A stretch of 64,000 bases of DNA from Methylocystis sp. (GCF_050251305.1 NZ_JBFWNB010000001.1:65044-129043); one strand, 5' to 3'. Counted from the stretch's first letter, positions 20,585-30,093 are shown. The notes: generated by a model from the sequence alone, not told the origin. Program-made: numbers and translations.

Positions 20585-21355
20585 ATGCTGATTCTCGCCG
20601 TCGCAATGGCGGCCCGCGTCGGCGCAAGAACAGCGCAGGCGGCGCTATATCCGCGCGACGGCCGTCAGGCGATGACAGAGGCGGACATGGCTCGCTTCGC
20701 CGGCGCCGGCGTTCTCATGTGCTATTCCGAATTCGGAACGCTGGAGCGCGCCGCCGCCGCATGGCTGATCGGCGCACATGATCTCGTCGTGATGAATGCG
20801 CATAATTTCGTCGACCGGCGTCTCGCGCCGACGCATCCGGTGACGAATTGTTTCTTCAGGATTGCAGGCGGCGACTATTATTTCGATGAAGACAGCCTGC
20901 GCATCGGCGCCGCCGTCGAGTCGAAAGGTCTGCACATCACCGACGACTGGGCGTTGCTGCAGCTGCTGCAGTCGACGCCCGAGGCGGTCAAACCCCAGCC
21001 GGCGCCGGACGTGAGCGACATCGTCACCGGCGCGCGTTTCAAAGTCGTGATGGTCTCTCCGGCCGGACATTCAAATACGCGTCTCGCCGCGACGACCGAG
21101 TCCTGCGACGTCTATCGCGTCGATGAGCCGACCGAGGGCCACGTTCGTCGCGTGCGTCACGACTGCAACGACGGCTATGGCGGTTCCGGCTCCGGCCTCT
21201 TCACCGAAGACGGACGTCTGATCGCCATGCACAGCGCCTCGCTCGATATGAATCAGAAGCGGCCGTTTGACGTTGAGACGCATTACGGATCTGCGATGCT
21301 GTTCGAAGGCGAACTCGCCAAGGCGATCCGCGACGCGGCGTCAAAACCGCGATAG
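20585..21355 (+). CDS. Secreted trypsin-like serine protease
   Basis: Candidate catalytic triad NAHN, DDWALL, GGSGSGL; start uncertain (20399 in the ORF track, 20585 gives a signal-like N-terminus). Confidence 0.7.
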   Translation: MLILAVAMAARVGARTAQAALYPRDGRQAMTEADMARFAGAGVLMCYSEFGTLERAAAAWLIGAHDLVVMNAHNFVDRRLAPTHPVTNCFFRIAGGDYYFDEDSLRIGAAVESKGLHITDDWALLQLLQSTPEAVKPQPAPDVSDIVTGARFKVVMVSPAGHSNTRLAATTESCDVYRVDEPTEGHVRRVRHDCNDGYGGSGSGLFTEDGRLIAMHSASLDMNQKRPFDVETHYGSAMLFEGELAKAIRDAASKPR

Positions 21356-21356
21356 C

Positions 21357-22238
21357 TCATTCCTTCGGCGGAAGGGTTCGAATCCAGGCGACGAGCGCGT
21401 CGAGATCGTCACGCGACATCTTCGAGAAATGCGCTTTCGCGAGCGTCGACATCGGCGGCCTGAGCGGCGCGCCGTCGCGCGACAGTCCTTGTGTGATTGC
21501 GCGTTTCAGCGCCTCATCCGACCACGCGCCGACGCCCTTCGCCGGATGGGACGTGATGTTGGAGGCGACGACGACGCCGGCGGCGTTGTGGAAGATTTTG
21601 CCGCCCGCGCCGAGACGATTGCGATAATCTGGCGCGCCGTCGACCTCGGCGCTGTGACACGACATGCAACGCGCGAGTGAGGCGACATAGAGTCCCCGCG
21701 TCTGTTTGTCCGCGAGCGACGTTTCGTCGAAGGGCGCCGCCGCTCCCGGCATCGGGTGAGGCGCCCATTCGCCATTGCGCTGCTGCGGCGCCTGAAGCGG
21801 CGCGCGCACCGGCGCGGCGGCGCGCAGAAAGCCGATAATCGCGTCGAGATCGCGCGTCGTCAGCGGCTTGTAGGAGTCGGACGGCATGACCGGCGCAAGA
21901 CGATTGTCCCGACCGACTCCGTCGACGATGGCGGCGCGCAATTCTTTGTCCGTCCAGGCGCCGACGCCGGTCTCAACGTCCGGCGAGATGTTCGAACCCC
22001 GCACGACATAGGTCGCCTGGGAGAATGTCTGCGCGCCGCCGGAAAAACGACGGGAAAGATCATAGCCAGAGGGTCCGCGCGGCGTATGGCAATTGTCGCA
22101 CGCCGTCAGCGCTCCGACGAGATAGCGGCCGCGTTCGAGATCCGCCGCCGCATTCGCAGGCGGGCTGATCGGCCAGAACGCAAGCAGAGCGACCGACATG
22201 GCGAAATGCGAGGAGAGACGATCGATGCGCATGTTCAA
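21357..22238 (-). CDS. Periplasmic di-heme c-type cytochrome
   Basis: Signal peptide, CDNCH and CMSCH, two repeated '(S/N)NI(S/T)xxxxxGVGAW(T/S)D...MP/MS' domains. Confidence 0.9.
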   Translation of the reverse strand: MNMRIDRLSSHFAMSVALLAFWPISPPANAAADLERGRYLVGALTACDNCHTPRGPSGYDLSRRFSGGAQTFSQATYVVRGSNISPDVETGVGAWTDKELRAAIVDGVGRDNRLAPVMPSDSYKPLTTRDLDAIIGFLRAAAPVRAPLQAPQQRNGEWAPHPMPGAAAPFDETSLADKQTRGLYVASLARCMSCHSAEVDGAPDYRNRLGAGGKIFHNAAGVVVASNITSHPAKGVGAWSDEALKRAITQGLSRDGAPLRPPMSTLAKAHFSKMSRDDLDALVAWIRTLPPKE

Positions 22239-22349
22239 GACGCGTCGGCGAGAGATTCGGCGCTCTTAACCCAGGTCGCGCGCCGGGTCTTGCGGAAAAA
22301 ATCCTGATCGTTTCAGGAATGCTCGGCAGAGCGGCCTCGCAAGCCTGCG

Positions 22350-23000
22350 TCAACGGCCGAGAGAGAGGTTCGAGCCGTCCAGCACCGCATAGTCGAAACG
22401 CGCGCCGGTCACGATTGCGCCGGTGAAACTCGCGCCCGTGAGAACCGCATGCGTGAGATTGGCGCGCGTCAGGTCGGCGCCGTCGAAATTGGCCTCCGGC
22501 AGTTCGGCGCGCACCGGCACCATGCCCTGATTGGCGGGATCGGCGCCAAGGTCCGCGTTGATAAGCTTCGCGTTGCAAAACTTCACGCCCCTTCCGCCGC
22601 CGATGATTCGCGAATCGGACAGGTCGGCGCGCTCGAAATTGGCGCCGTCGAGAAGCGCGGCGTAAAGCGACGCGCCTTTCATCCGGGCGTCGGAAAAGAC
22701 CGCATTCTGCAATTCGGCGCGGGTGAAATTGGCTCCCGACAGATCGGCCTTCGACAAATTTGCGCCCGCGAGCCTGGCCGAGAAGAAATCCGCGCCGTGC
22801 AAATCCAGGCCGGACAGATCGAGGCCCGAGAGATCGCGGTCTCCGAGATCGACCGGTCCGCCATGCGAATCGGCGATTTTTTGTTCGATCTGCGCGCGCG
22901 ACAGTTCTGCGGCGCAGACGCCTTGAACAGGCGCAGCGACAAACAGAGACGCTCCAGCGAAAAGCGCAAGACCGATCAGCGTCCCGTTCAATCGTCTCAT
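22350..23000 (-). CDS. Exported pentapeptide-repeat protein (PedD-like, PQQ dehydrogenase-associated)
   Basis: Signal peptide, many A(D/N)LXX repeats, 'ADLGADPANQGM' insertion; start reassigned to 23000. Confidence 0.85.
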   Translation of the reverse strand: MRRLNGTLIGLALFAGASLFVAAPVQGVCAAELSRAQIEQKIADSHGGPVDLGDRDLSGLDLSGLDLHGADFFSARLAGANLSKADLSGANFTRAELQNAVFSDARMKGASLYAALLDGANFERADLSDSRIIGGGRGVKFCNAKLINADLGADPANQGMVPVRAELPEANFDGADLTRANLTHAVLTGASFTGAIVTGARFDYAVLDGSNLSLGR

Positions 23001-23159
23001 CCGTCGAACCTCGTCAACTCGCGGCGCATGAAGCCTATGTTCGACGCAACGGAGGACGCAACAGGACAATCTCTTGCGAAATTCGGGAAACACTCCAAGC
23101 CTGTCTTCCGGCGAATGCCCGCCATGGATCGAACGTCGTTTTCGCGATAGTCAACAGCG

Positions 23160-23573
23160 ATGACACTCTGGCGCTTCATATGCTTCGCCGTCGCACTGTC
23201 GCTGTTCGCCCAGGCGCATTTGCCTGCATTCGCTGCGGACGCCGACCTGCCGAAACGCCGCCCCGGCGTATGGCGCATTTCAACGATTTCGCCGGAGGTC
23301 GGCCTTCAAACCAACGACGTCTGCATCGAAGAAGGCGACAGCATCGTCGGCGCTCTGGACGAAAGTTGCGCGACGCCTGCCGTGACGCGCGCAAAGGATC
23401 AGATCATCGTCACTTTCGAATGCGGCCCGCAGGAGTCGCGCGAGGTCACCAGCCTGTTGTTCACCGGCGATTTTGAGAACTGGTATCGCGCGCAATCGAG
23501 GCAGACGGCGAAAGGACGTCGTTCGGGCTTTACGGTCGACGCAAAGTTTCTGTCCGAACGCTGCGCCAGATAG
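23160..23573 (+). CDS. Secreted DUF3617-like protein
   Basis: Signal peptide, 'LPKRRPGVW', several Cys. Confidence 0.6.
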   Translation: MTLWRFICFAVALSLFAQAHLPAFAADADLPKRRPGVWRISTISPEVGLQTNDVCIEEGDSIVGALDESCATPAVTRAKDQIIVTFECGPQESREVTSLLFTGDFENWYRAQSRQTAKGRRSGFTVDAKFLSERCAR

Positions 23574-23743
23574 ACGCACTGAACGCCCCGAGCCTGAAAT
23601 CGGATAGAATTGCCTTCGCCACATTGTAGTCGGGCGTCATGGAGACGCCGGCGCTTGCATGGCGCCGGCGCGCCGATCGACCCATCTCGCTTCGGAACTG
23701 GCCGCGAGCGCCCGCCAACGCATCGCCTTGGCCGGAGGCGCGA

Positions 23744-25114
23744 TCAAGACATCTCCACCACAGGGAAAGACACGTTGAATGTCGCGCCGCCGCCAGGCGT
23801 GTCCTCGACCCAGATGCCGCCACGATGCGCATCGATGAGCTCTTTGGCGATGGCCAATCCCAAGCCCGTGCCTGGAATAGAGTCATTCTTGCGCCAGAAG
23901 GGCTCGAAGATCAGATCGCGGTCCAACTGCTCGACGCCGCATCCATGATCGATCACCTTCAGCGTTCCATCGTCGGCGACGCGAACGTGAACCGTGCCGC
24001 CTTCAGGCTCGGCGCGAAGAGCGTTGTCAATGACATTCGCGATAACCGATTCGAGCGCCGGCCGATTGCCCTTAATGAGCACAGGCGCGCTGGGCGCGTC
24101 GAGAACGATCTGGCGCCGCGCCTTCAGCGCCAGAAGCGCGGCGTCCGCAATCATCGTTCGCGTCAACGCGACGAGGTCGATCGTTTCATCGAGCGTCGTC
24201 GATTGTTCGCCGAGCCGCGCGGAAGCGAGCAGCTGCTCGACGATGTTGCGTATGCGACGATGATCGCGTTTCAGATCATTCTTGAAGGTCGGCTCCTCGG
24301 GCGCGTCAAGCCGCACGCCCAGCACATTGATGGGCGTGCGGAGCTCATGCGCGGCATTTGCCGTAAAACGCTTTTGGCGGGCGACGCCGGCGTCGAGCCG
24401 CGCCAACGCGTCGTTGACCGCGTCGACGAGGGGTCCAACTTCGCTCGATACGTCATTTGCGTCGAGACGTTGGTCGAGGCAGTTCATGTCAATCCGGGAC
24501 GCCTGCTCCGCCACGCGTCTGAGCGGCCTTAGTCCCCAGCGCACGGCGAACCAGCCTGCGCCGGCCGACATGACGATCGCCATGACGAGGTAGGCGGTCA
24601 ACCAGCGCATTTCCTCTATGGCGGCGTCGACGATGTCGCTGGCGCGGAATTTCTGTCCGTATACGGCGACATGAAGGCGGCCGAACGGAGTCGATGACGG
24701 CTCCATAAGGCCTGCGCGAATGGCGCTCGGATCGCCTGGCAACACAAAATGCACATGGGTCGGACTGATCTCGATAAGCGGCCGCAGCATCGCGACGAGC
24801 TCAGGCGACGACCCCGCAACGGGCTCACGGCTTAGCTTCCTAAACGCCGCGAACTTCATGCCGGGCGCGCGCTTTAGATCTTCAAGCAGGCCTGGCGTCG
24901 GCCTGATCTCCAGCATTTTCTCATCGTTCAGCGTCAACGAGGCGATAACCTGCTTTTTCGCGCGAATGGCCGACAGCTCATCGAGCGAGGTCGCGAAAAT
25001 TTCGACGCCTGTGAGGCCAAGGCCCACCGTCACCAGCCAGGCGATGGTGAAGGCGATGATCTGTGCAAGAAATAGACAGCCGACGATGCGCCATACGAGC
25101 GAGTGTCGTCTCAA
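23744..25114 (-). CDS. Sensor histidine kinase (HAMP-HisKA-HATPase)
   Basis: FTANAAHELRTP, NVIDNALR, GTGLGLAI; TTG start overlaps the regulator stop. Confidence 0.93.
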   Translation of the reverse strand: MRRHSLVWRIVGCLFLAQIIAFTIAWLVTVGLGLTGVEIFATSLDELSAIRAKKQVIASLTLNDEKMLEIRPTPGLLEDLKRAPGMKFAAFRKLSREPVAGSSPELVAMLRPLIEISPTHVHFVLPGDPSAIRAGLMEPSSTPFGRLHVAVYGQKFRASDIVDAAIEEMRWLTAYLVMAIVMSAGAGWFAVRWGLRPLRRVAEQASRIDMNCLDQRLDANDVSSEVGPLVDAVNDALARLDAGVARQKRFTANAAHELRTPINVLGVRLDAPEEPTFKNDLKRDHRRIRNIVEQLLASARLGEQSTTLDETIDLVALTRTMIADAALLALKARRQIVLDAPSAPVLIKGNRPALESVIANVIDNALRAEPEGGTVHVRVADDGTLKVIDHGCGVEQLDRDLIFEPFWRKNDSIPGTGLGLAIAKELIDAHRGGIWVEDTPGGGATFNVSFPVVEMS

Positions 25115-25788
25115 TCAAGCAACTCCGTCGTGATGTAACCGACGCCGCGAACGGTGTGAATGGCGACGCCGGCGTCCAACGCCACGAGCCGTCGACGCAG
25201 ACGCGACACAGCCATGTCGAGCGTATTGTCCTGGACATCTTCGTTTGGAGAAAACACATCATTGAGAAGCGTCTCACGCGAAACGACGCGATTGACTCGT
25301 CGCAACAGAGATTCGAGCAGGACTAACTCGCGCCGATGCAAAATGACCGGCTTGCCCGCGATCCGGACATCGCGCGTCGCGAGATCAAAATATAGCGCGC
25401 CCACCGCAATCGGCTTCGGCGCGCCGCTTCCCGGACGTCGAACGCAGGCGCGTATTCTCGCAACCAGCTCCTCTCCTTGAAACGGTTTCGTAACGTAGTC
25501 GTCCGCGCCCAGATCGAAGCTCGACACCTTCTCTCCCGTGTCGTCCATCGCTGTCAGCATCATGACGCGGATGCCCGGCTGCAACTCCCGCGCCAGCGGC
25601 ATCAGCGAGAGGCCGTCACCATCAGGAAGACGACGATCGAGAAGCAGAAGATCGTAATTTGATCGCGTCACCGCGTCGCGCGCCGCGCTCAGACTGTGAG
25701 CTTGATCCACGTCGAATCCGGCCTGAGAGATCAACGACGCGGTGAGACGCGCCGCATCCAGCTCGTCTTCAACAAGTAAAAGTCGCAT
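25111..25788 (-). CDS. OmpR-family response regulator (QseB/BasR-like)
   Basis: LLVED, DLLLLDRRLPDGDG, GADDYVTKPF, SRLRRRL, IHTVRGVGY. Confidence 0.95.
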   Translation of the reverse strand: MRLLLVEDELDAARLTASLISQAGFDVDQAHSLSAARDAVTRSNYDLLLLDRRLPDGDGLSLMPLARELQPGIRVMMLTAMDDTGEKVSSFDLGADDYVTKPFQGEELVARIRACVRRPGSGAPKPIAVGALYFDLATRDVRIAGKPVILHRRELVLLESLLRRVNRVVSRETLLNDVFSPNEDVQDNTLDMAVSRLRRRLVALDAGVAIHTVRGVGYITTELLD

Positions 25789-25916
25789 ATGGGCGCCGCT
25801 CCCGTTCTGTCTCGCCGATTATCGATTTCAGTCGCCGAATGCGCAAGACGCCGGCGCGAAAGGGCCAGCTGTTGCCCTAAAGACACAGCGCCTCGGATTT
25901 CGCGCCAAAATCGCTC

Positions 25917-25943
25917 ATGTCAGGTTCTTGTCAGGCGTGTCAG
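25917..25943 (+). promoter_or_regulatory. TGTCAG direct repeats (OmpR/PhoB-type 7-4-7 operator candidate)
   Basis: ATGTCAG-GTTC-TTGTCAG (11 bp period) plus a third TGTCAG at 25938, between the regulator and the leader ORF. Confidence 0.5.
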
Positions 25944-25985
25944 CTTCGCTTTGGCTATTTTCAGTCGCACAAGACGAAGACGGCG

Positions 25986-26432
25986 ATGATGCGGGCGATC
26001 CTAAACCATACGGCAAAGACGAGCGAGAACGCTCACAGATGCTTGAAAGGCGTCCGTGCGGTTCTGTTCGGCTTGGTCGTATTCGTCATGGCGGTCCAGG
26101 GCGTCGCCCTCGCATTGTCCCGGGCGCAAGCCGCGTCACATGAAGGCGTTGCCGGCGTCTCGACCGCGGCTTCCGTCGATTGCGCGCGAGAGGATTCGCG
26201 CGCGCCGTCGAACGACGGGCGCGCCCATCAATGCTCTCTGGCGGGGCTTTGTTGTTTGGCGAGCTGCGAGCGGCAGACGTCCTTTGGCCTCGCGGGAACG
26301 GCGTTTAGCGCTGCGGCCTTCAGCCGGTCGGCGACTGACCGGGTCGAGCCGTCGGCGCCCGTGAGGCGCCGCGTCAGACCCGCCGGCTGGGCAAGCGCCT
26401 GGTCTTCGCGCGCGCCGCCGCAGACGGCCTGA
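25986..26432 (+). CDS. DUF2946/CruR-like upstream regulatory ORF with a RAPP arrest motif
   Basis: Hydrophobic N-terminal segment (VLFGLVVFVMAVQGVALAL), Cys cluster (HQCSLAGLCCLASC), C-terminal WSSRAPPQTA*; 80 bp upstream of a TonB receptor. Start 25986 or 25989. Confidence 0.75.
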   Translation: MMRAILNHTAKTSENAHRCLKGVRAVLFGLVVFVMAVQGVALALSRAQAASHEGVAGVSTAASVDCAREDSRAPSNDGRAHQCSLAGLCCLASCERQTSFGLAGTAFSAAAFSRSATDRVEPSAPVRRRVRPAGWASAWSSRAPPQTA

Positions 26433-26512
26433 TTCGCGAATCGCGTCCCTCACAGATCAACCTGCCCCATCTCGTCGCTCGAGCGTTCTCGCAATCGCTC
26501 TGGAGTCCATCA

Positions 26513-28867
26513 ATGAACTCGTCCGTCCTCCTGCGCGGCGTTTCCGCCTGCGCGCTGCTGTTCGCCTTGGCGCCTGAATGCGCCCACGCCCAGCAAGCAT
26601 TGCCAACAATCAGCATCGGCGGGCGTCAGCGCGCGCCATCGACGCAGATTTCGGGTTCGCCAACAGGAGAGTCGGCCACATCCGGCTCCGGTCCGTCGTC
26701 AAATTTTCCGAGCGAGCCGAAGACGCCCGCCGAAGGCTATGTGGCGAATGACGCGACCACAGGCACAAAGACCGACACGCCGCTCAGAGAAACGCCAGCG
26801 TCGGTGAATGTGGTCCCCAAGCAAGTGATGCAAGACCAGAACGATACGAGCGTTCAGGAAGCCCTGGAAAACGTTCCCGGCGTTCGCTCGAACAACAACG
26901 ACCTTGAAGGATATAATTTCAAGATCCGGGGCTTCGACAGTCTCTATATCTATCGCAACAATCTCGCGATTCCCGCTGGCGAATCCAATCCCAGCGGCTT
27001 CGACACCGCCAATCTGGAGCGAATCGAAGTCTTGAAGGGCCCTGCGTCAGTCCTCTACGGACGCGCGGAACCGGGCGGATTGATCAATCTCATCACCAAG
27101 CAACCGCTCGACCGCGCCCGCTACGTTGTCGATCAACAGTTTGGATCGTTCAACTGGTATCGCACTCAGTGGGATTTTACCTCGCCCATTGCTGAGGCTC
27201 CGGGTCTCGCCTACCGCTTCACCGGCGCCTATCAGACCAACGGCTCGTTCCGGCGCTTCCAGGGCGGCGAGCGCATGCTCCTGGCGCCCGTCGTGAGTTA
27301 CCGTCCGACCGCCTGGACCGAGTTCACGGCCGAGGGCCAATTTCTTGCGCAGAAGGCTCAAAGCGACATCGGCGTCCCGGCCTACGGATCGACGCCGGCG
27401 CCGATACCGCTCAGCCGCTCGTTTCAGGAGGCGAACGATCCGCGCGACCGGATCGACAGTTTTAACGTCGGCTATAAATTTCGGCAGAACATCACCGAAG
27501 ATTGGAAGGTCACGAATCGCTTTCTCTATTCCGCGACGACGAATTTCCAGAAACCGAACGTTTCATTGTTTTGCACCACGCCCTATTGCGTGGATCCGGA
27601 TATGCGAACGCTGCAACGCATCGTCCAATACCAATCTTTGACGGGCGGCACATTTTCGACGAACGTCGACCTGGAAGGAAAGTTCTGGGCGCTCGGCGGC
27701 AAGCATGACTTTCTCATGGGCCTCGACTATCTGAACGGCCTTTACGACTACTATTTCGGCGACGGCGGCGCTCTTTATCCGATCGACATTTTCTCTCCGG
27801 TCTACGGAACCGTGCCTTCCTTCGCCTATTGGAGCGCGCAAGCCGGCACAGGATACAAGAGCCATTCGTCTGTTCTCACCAGACAGAAGGGACTGTACGT
27901 TCAAGATCAGGTCACCTGGTTCGAACGTCTGCATTTGCTGGTCGGAGCGCGATTTGATGTCGCCGACGTCACTAGGGGCCGCTCCAGATCCTCTGGCGGC
28001 GACTACAGCGCGAACAAATATTTGGCGATTGACAATCGACTGGCCGCACAGACGCGCGTCGATCGGGCCTTGACCCCGCGCGCCGGAGTCGTTTTCGACG
28101 TCGTGCCCGAATTGAGCGTTTATGGCAGCTATTCGCGTTCGTTTGGCGTCAATAACGGCTTCGACGCCAACGGACAATCATTGGGCCCGCAGCGCGGCCA
28201 GCAATGGGAGGTCGGCCTCAAGGCGGAGCCCAGACCTGGCCTTTCCGCAACGCTCGCCTTCTTTCAAATCACAAAAACAGGCGTGCCGACCCGAGATTTC
28301 GCGTCGTTAGATCCTTCCGCCGTGACGCTCGCCGGCCTTCAACGCAGTCGAGGCATCGAATTGGATGTCTTGGGGCGATTGACCGAGCGATGGAGCCTCA
28401 CGGGCAATTTCGCTTATATCGACGCCAAAGTTATTGCCGACAATTTCGTAAATCGGCTCAATCCTTTCGGATTGCTGGACCCTGCGATTTTCGGGGAACA
28501 GGGCGGCCTGCTTGGCAATCATCTCGACAATGTTCCCCGCCATTCGGGCAAAGTTTTCCTTGTGTATGATTTCGGCGACAACGGCTTGGGGCTGCGCATC
28601 GGCGGCGGCGTCACGGCTTCCACCCATGCCTGGGGCGACATCCAGAATACGTTTCTCATCCCGGGCTGGGCGCGGCTTGACGCCTTCGCGAGCTACGCGA
28701 CGCTCGTCGACGGTCATAAACTGACGGCGCAACTCAATCTCAAGAACATCAACAATGCGCAATATTATACCGGCGTCGACAACTTCTTCAATTATTACAC
28801 CCCGCCTCTGCCTTCGTTTCCCGCGAAGCCGTTTACGGCGACGGGGCAGCTAAGAGTCGAGTTCTAG
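26513..28867 (+). CDS. TonB-dependent receptor
   Basis: Signal peptide, TGTKTDTPLRETPASVNVVP, ERIEVLKGPASVLYG, NLKNINN, C-terminal Phe (LRVEF). Confidence 0.96.
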   Translation: MNSSVLLRGVSACALLFALAPECAHAQQALPTISIGGRQRAPSTQISGSPTGESATSGSGPSSNFPSEPKTPAEGYVANDATTGTKTDTPLRETPASVNVVPKQVMQDQNDTSVQEALENVPGVRSNNNDLEGYNFKIRGFDSLYIYRNNLAIPAGESNPSGFDTANLERIEVLKGPASVLYGRAEPGGLINLITKQPLDRARYVVDQQFGSFNWYRTQWDFTSPIAEAPGLAYRFTGAYQTNGSFRRFQGGERMLLAPVVSYRPTAWTEFTAEGQFLAQKAQSDIGVPAYGSTPAPIPLSRSFQEANDPRDRIDSFNVGYKFRQNITEDWKVTNRFLYSATTNFQKPNVSLFCTTPYCVDPDMRTLQRIVQYQSLTGGTFSTNVDLEGKFWALGGKHDFLMGLDYLNGLYDYYFGDGGALYPIDIFSPVYGTVPSFAYWSAQAGTGYKSHSSVLTRQKGLYVQDQVTWFERLHLLVGARFDVADVTRGRSRSSGGDYSANKYLAIDNRLAAQTRVDRALTPRAGVVFDVVPELSVYGSYSRSFGVNNGFDANGQSLGPQRGQQWEVGLKAEPRPGLSATLAFFQITKTGVPTRDFASLDPSAVTLAGLQRSRGIELDVLGRLTERWSLTGNFAYIDAKVIADNFVNRLNPFGLLDPAIFGEQGGLLGNHLDNVPRHSGKVFLVYDFGDNGLGLRIGGGVTASTHAWGDIQNTFLIPGWARLDAFASYATLVDGHKLTAQLNLKNINNAQYYTGVDNFFNYYTPPLPSFPAKPFTATGQLRVEF

Positions 28868-28869
28868 CG

Positions 28870-30093
28870 ATGGCCCGCGGACTTTTCGTGCGGCTGCATC
28901 GCTGGGCGGGACTTGCGATCGCGGGCTTTCTCATTCTCGTCGGTCTGACGGGAAGCCTGCTCGCCTTCTGGCTTGAGATCAACGCTTGGCTGACGCCCGA
29001 ACTCTATTCCGGCCCACGCGCCGGCATAGAACTCGGCGCGGCGACGCTTGCGCAACGCGCAGAATCCATCGTTCCGCAGGCGCGAGCGACGACAGTTTAT
29101 CAAGGTTATCCCGGCTCCGCGATGATCGGCATGAAGGCGCGCGACGGCGCGACGCCGCTCGACTTCGAATACATCCATCTCGATCCGATCGATGGCCAGG
29201 AGCGCGGCCGCGTGTCGTGGCATGGTCTGCCAAGGCGCAAAGCCGACATCATGCCGTTCGTCTACGGCCTGCATATGTATCTCGCGATGAGCGGGATCGG
29301 CGAATGGATTCTCGGCGCGGTGGCGCTTCTCTGGACGCTCGATTGTTTCGTCGGCTTCTATCTGACGCTGCCCATGCGCGGCGAGCGCTCAAAGAAGAGC
29401 TTCTTTGCGCGTTGGAGGCCGTCATGGCTGGTGAAGCTCAAGAGCTCCTTCTATCGCGTCAATTTCGATCTGCATCGCGCCGCCGGCCTGTGGCTCTGGG
29501 CGATGCTGCTCGTCTACGCCTGGTCGAGCGTGTTGTTCACGCTGCCGAACTTCTATACGCGCGTGACGCAGCTCGTTCTCGATTACGAAACGCCGGTCTG
29601 GGCGCAGCGGGGAGCGCCGCAGACCGACGGGCGCGCGCCGATGGAATGGGAAGAAGCGCAAGCGACCGGCGAGCGGCTGATGGCCGAACTGGCGCGCCGG
29701 CACGGCTTCGCGATCGAACGCCCGCTGGCGCTCTATCATCTTCGTGACAAGGGCCTTTACGAATATCGCGTGCGCTCGTCGCGCGACATCGGCGACAAGG
29801 CGGGGTCGACCTCGATTCTGTTCGACTCACGCTCGGGCGAACTGAAGACGCTGAGCCTGCCGACGGGCCATCGCAGCGGAACGACGCTGACCACCTGGCT
29901 CGTCGAACTGCATATGGCCAATCTCTTCGGCCTTCCCTACCGCATCTTCGTCTGCCTTTTCGGGCTCGTCATCGCGATGCTTTCCGCAACCGGCGTTTAC
30001 ATCTGGTGGAAGAAGCGTTCGGCGCGGGTCGCGCATGCGCGGGGAACAGTTGCGCGGCCGGCGCCGGCCGCGCGATCGCCCGCGCGATTTTGA
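28870..30093 (+). CDS. PepSY-associated TM helix protein (FoxB/PiuB-like membrane reductase family)
   Basis: RLHRWAGL, LHMYL, NFDLHRAAGL, ELHMAN, SATGVYIWWKKR. Confidence 0.92.
   Translation: MARGLFVRLHRWAGLAIAGFLILVGLTGSLLAFWLEINAWLTPELYSGPRAGIELGAATLAQRAESIVPQARATTVYQGYPGSAMIGMKARDGATPLDFEYIHLDPIDGQERGRVSWHGLPRRKADIMPFVYGLHMYLAMSGIGEWILGAVALLWTLDCFVGFYLTLPMRGERSKKSFFARWRPSWLVKLKSSFYRVNFDLHRAAGLWLWAMLLVYAWSSVLFTLPNFYTRVTQLVLDYETPVWAQRGAPQTDGRAPMEWEEAQATGERLMAELARRHGFAIERPLALYHLRDKGLYEYRVRSSRDIGDKAGSTSILFDSRSGELKTLSLPTGHRSGTTLTTWLVELHMANLFGLPYRIFVCLFGLVIAMLSATGVYIWWKKRSARVAHARGTVARPAPAARSPARF

Noticed and set aside
21357-22238. MbnH/MauG-type di-heme peroxidase (methanobactin-associated)
   Set aside because: The two short repeated cytochrome c domains do not fit the MauG architecture, and I saw no mbnA/mbnBC genes.
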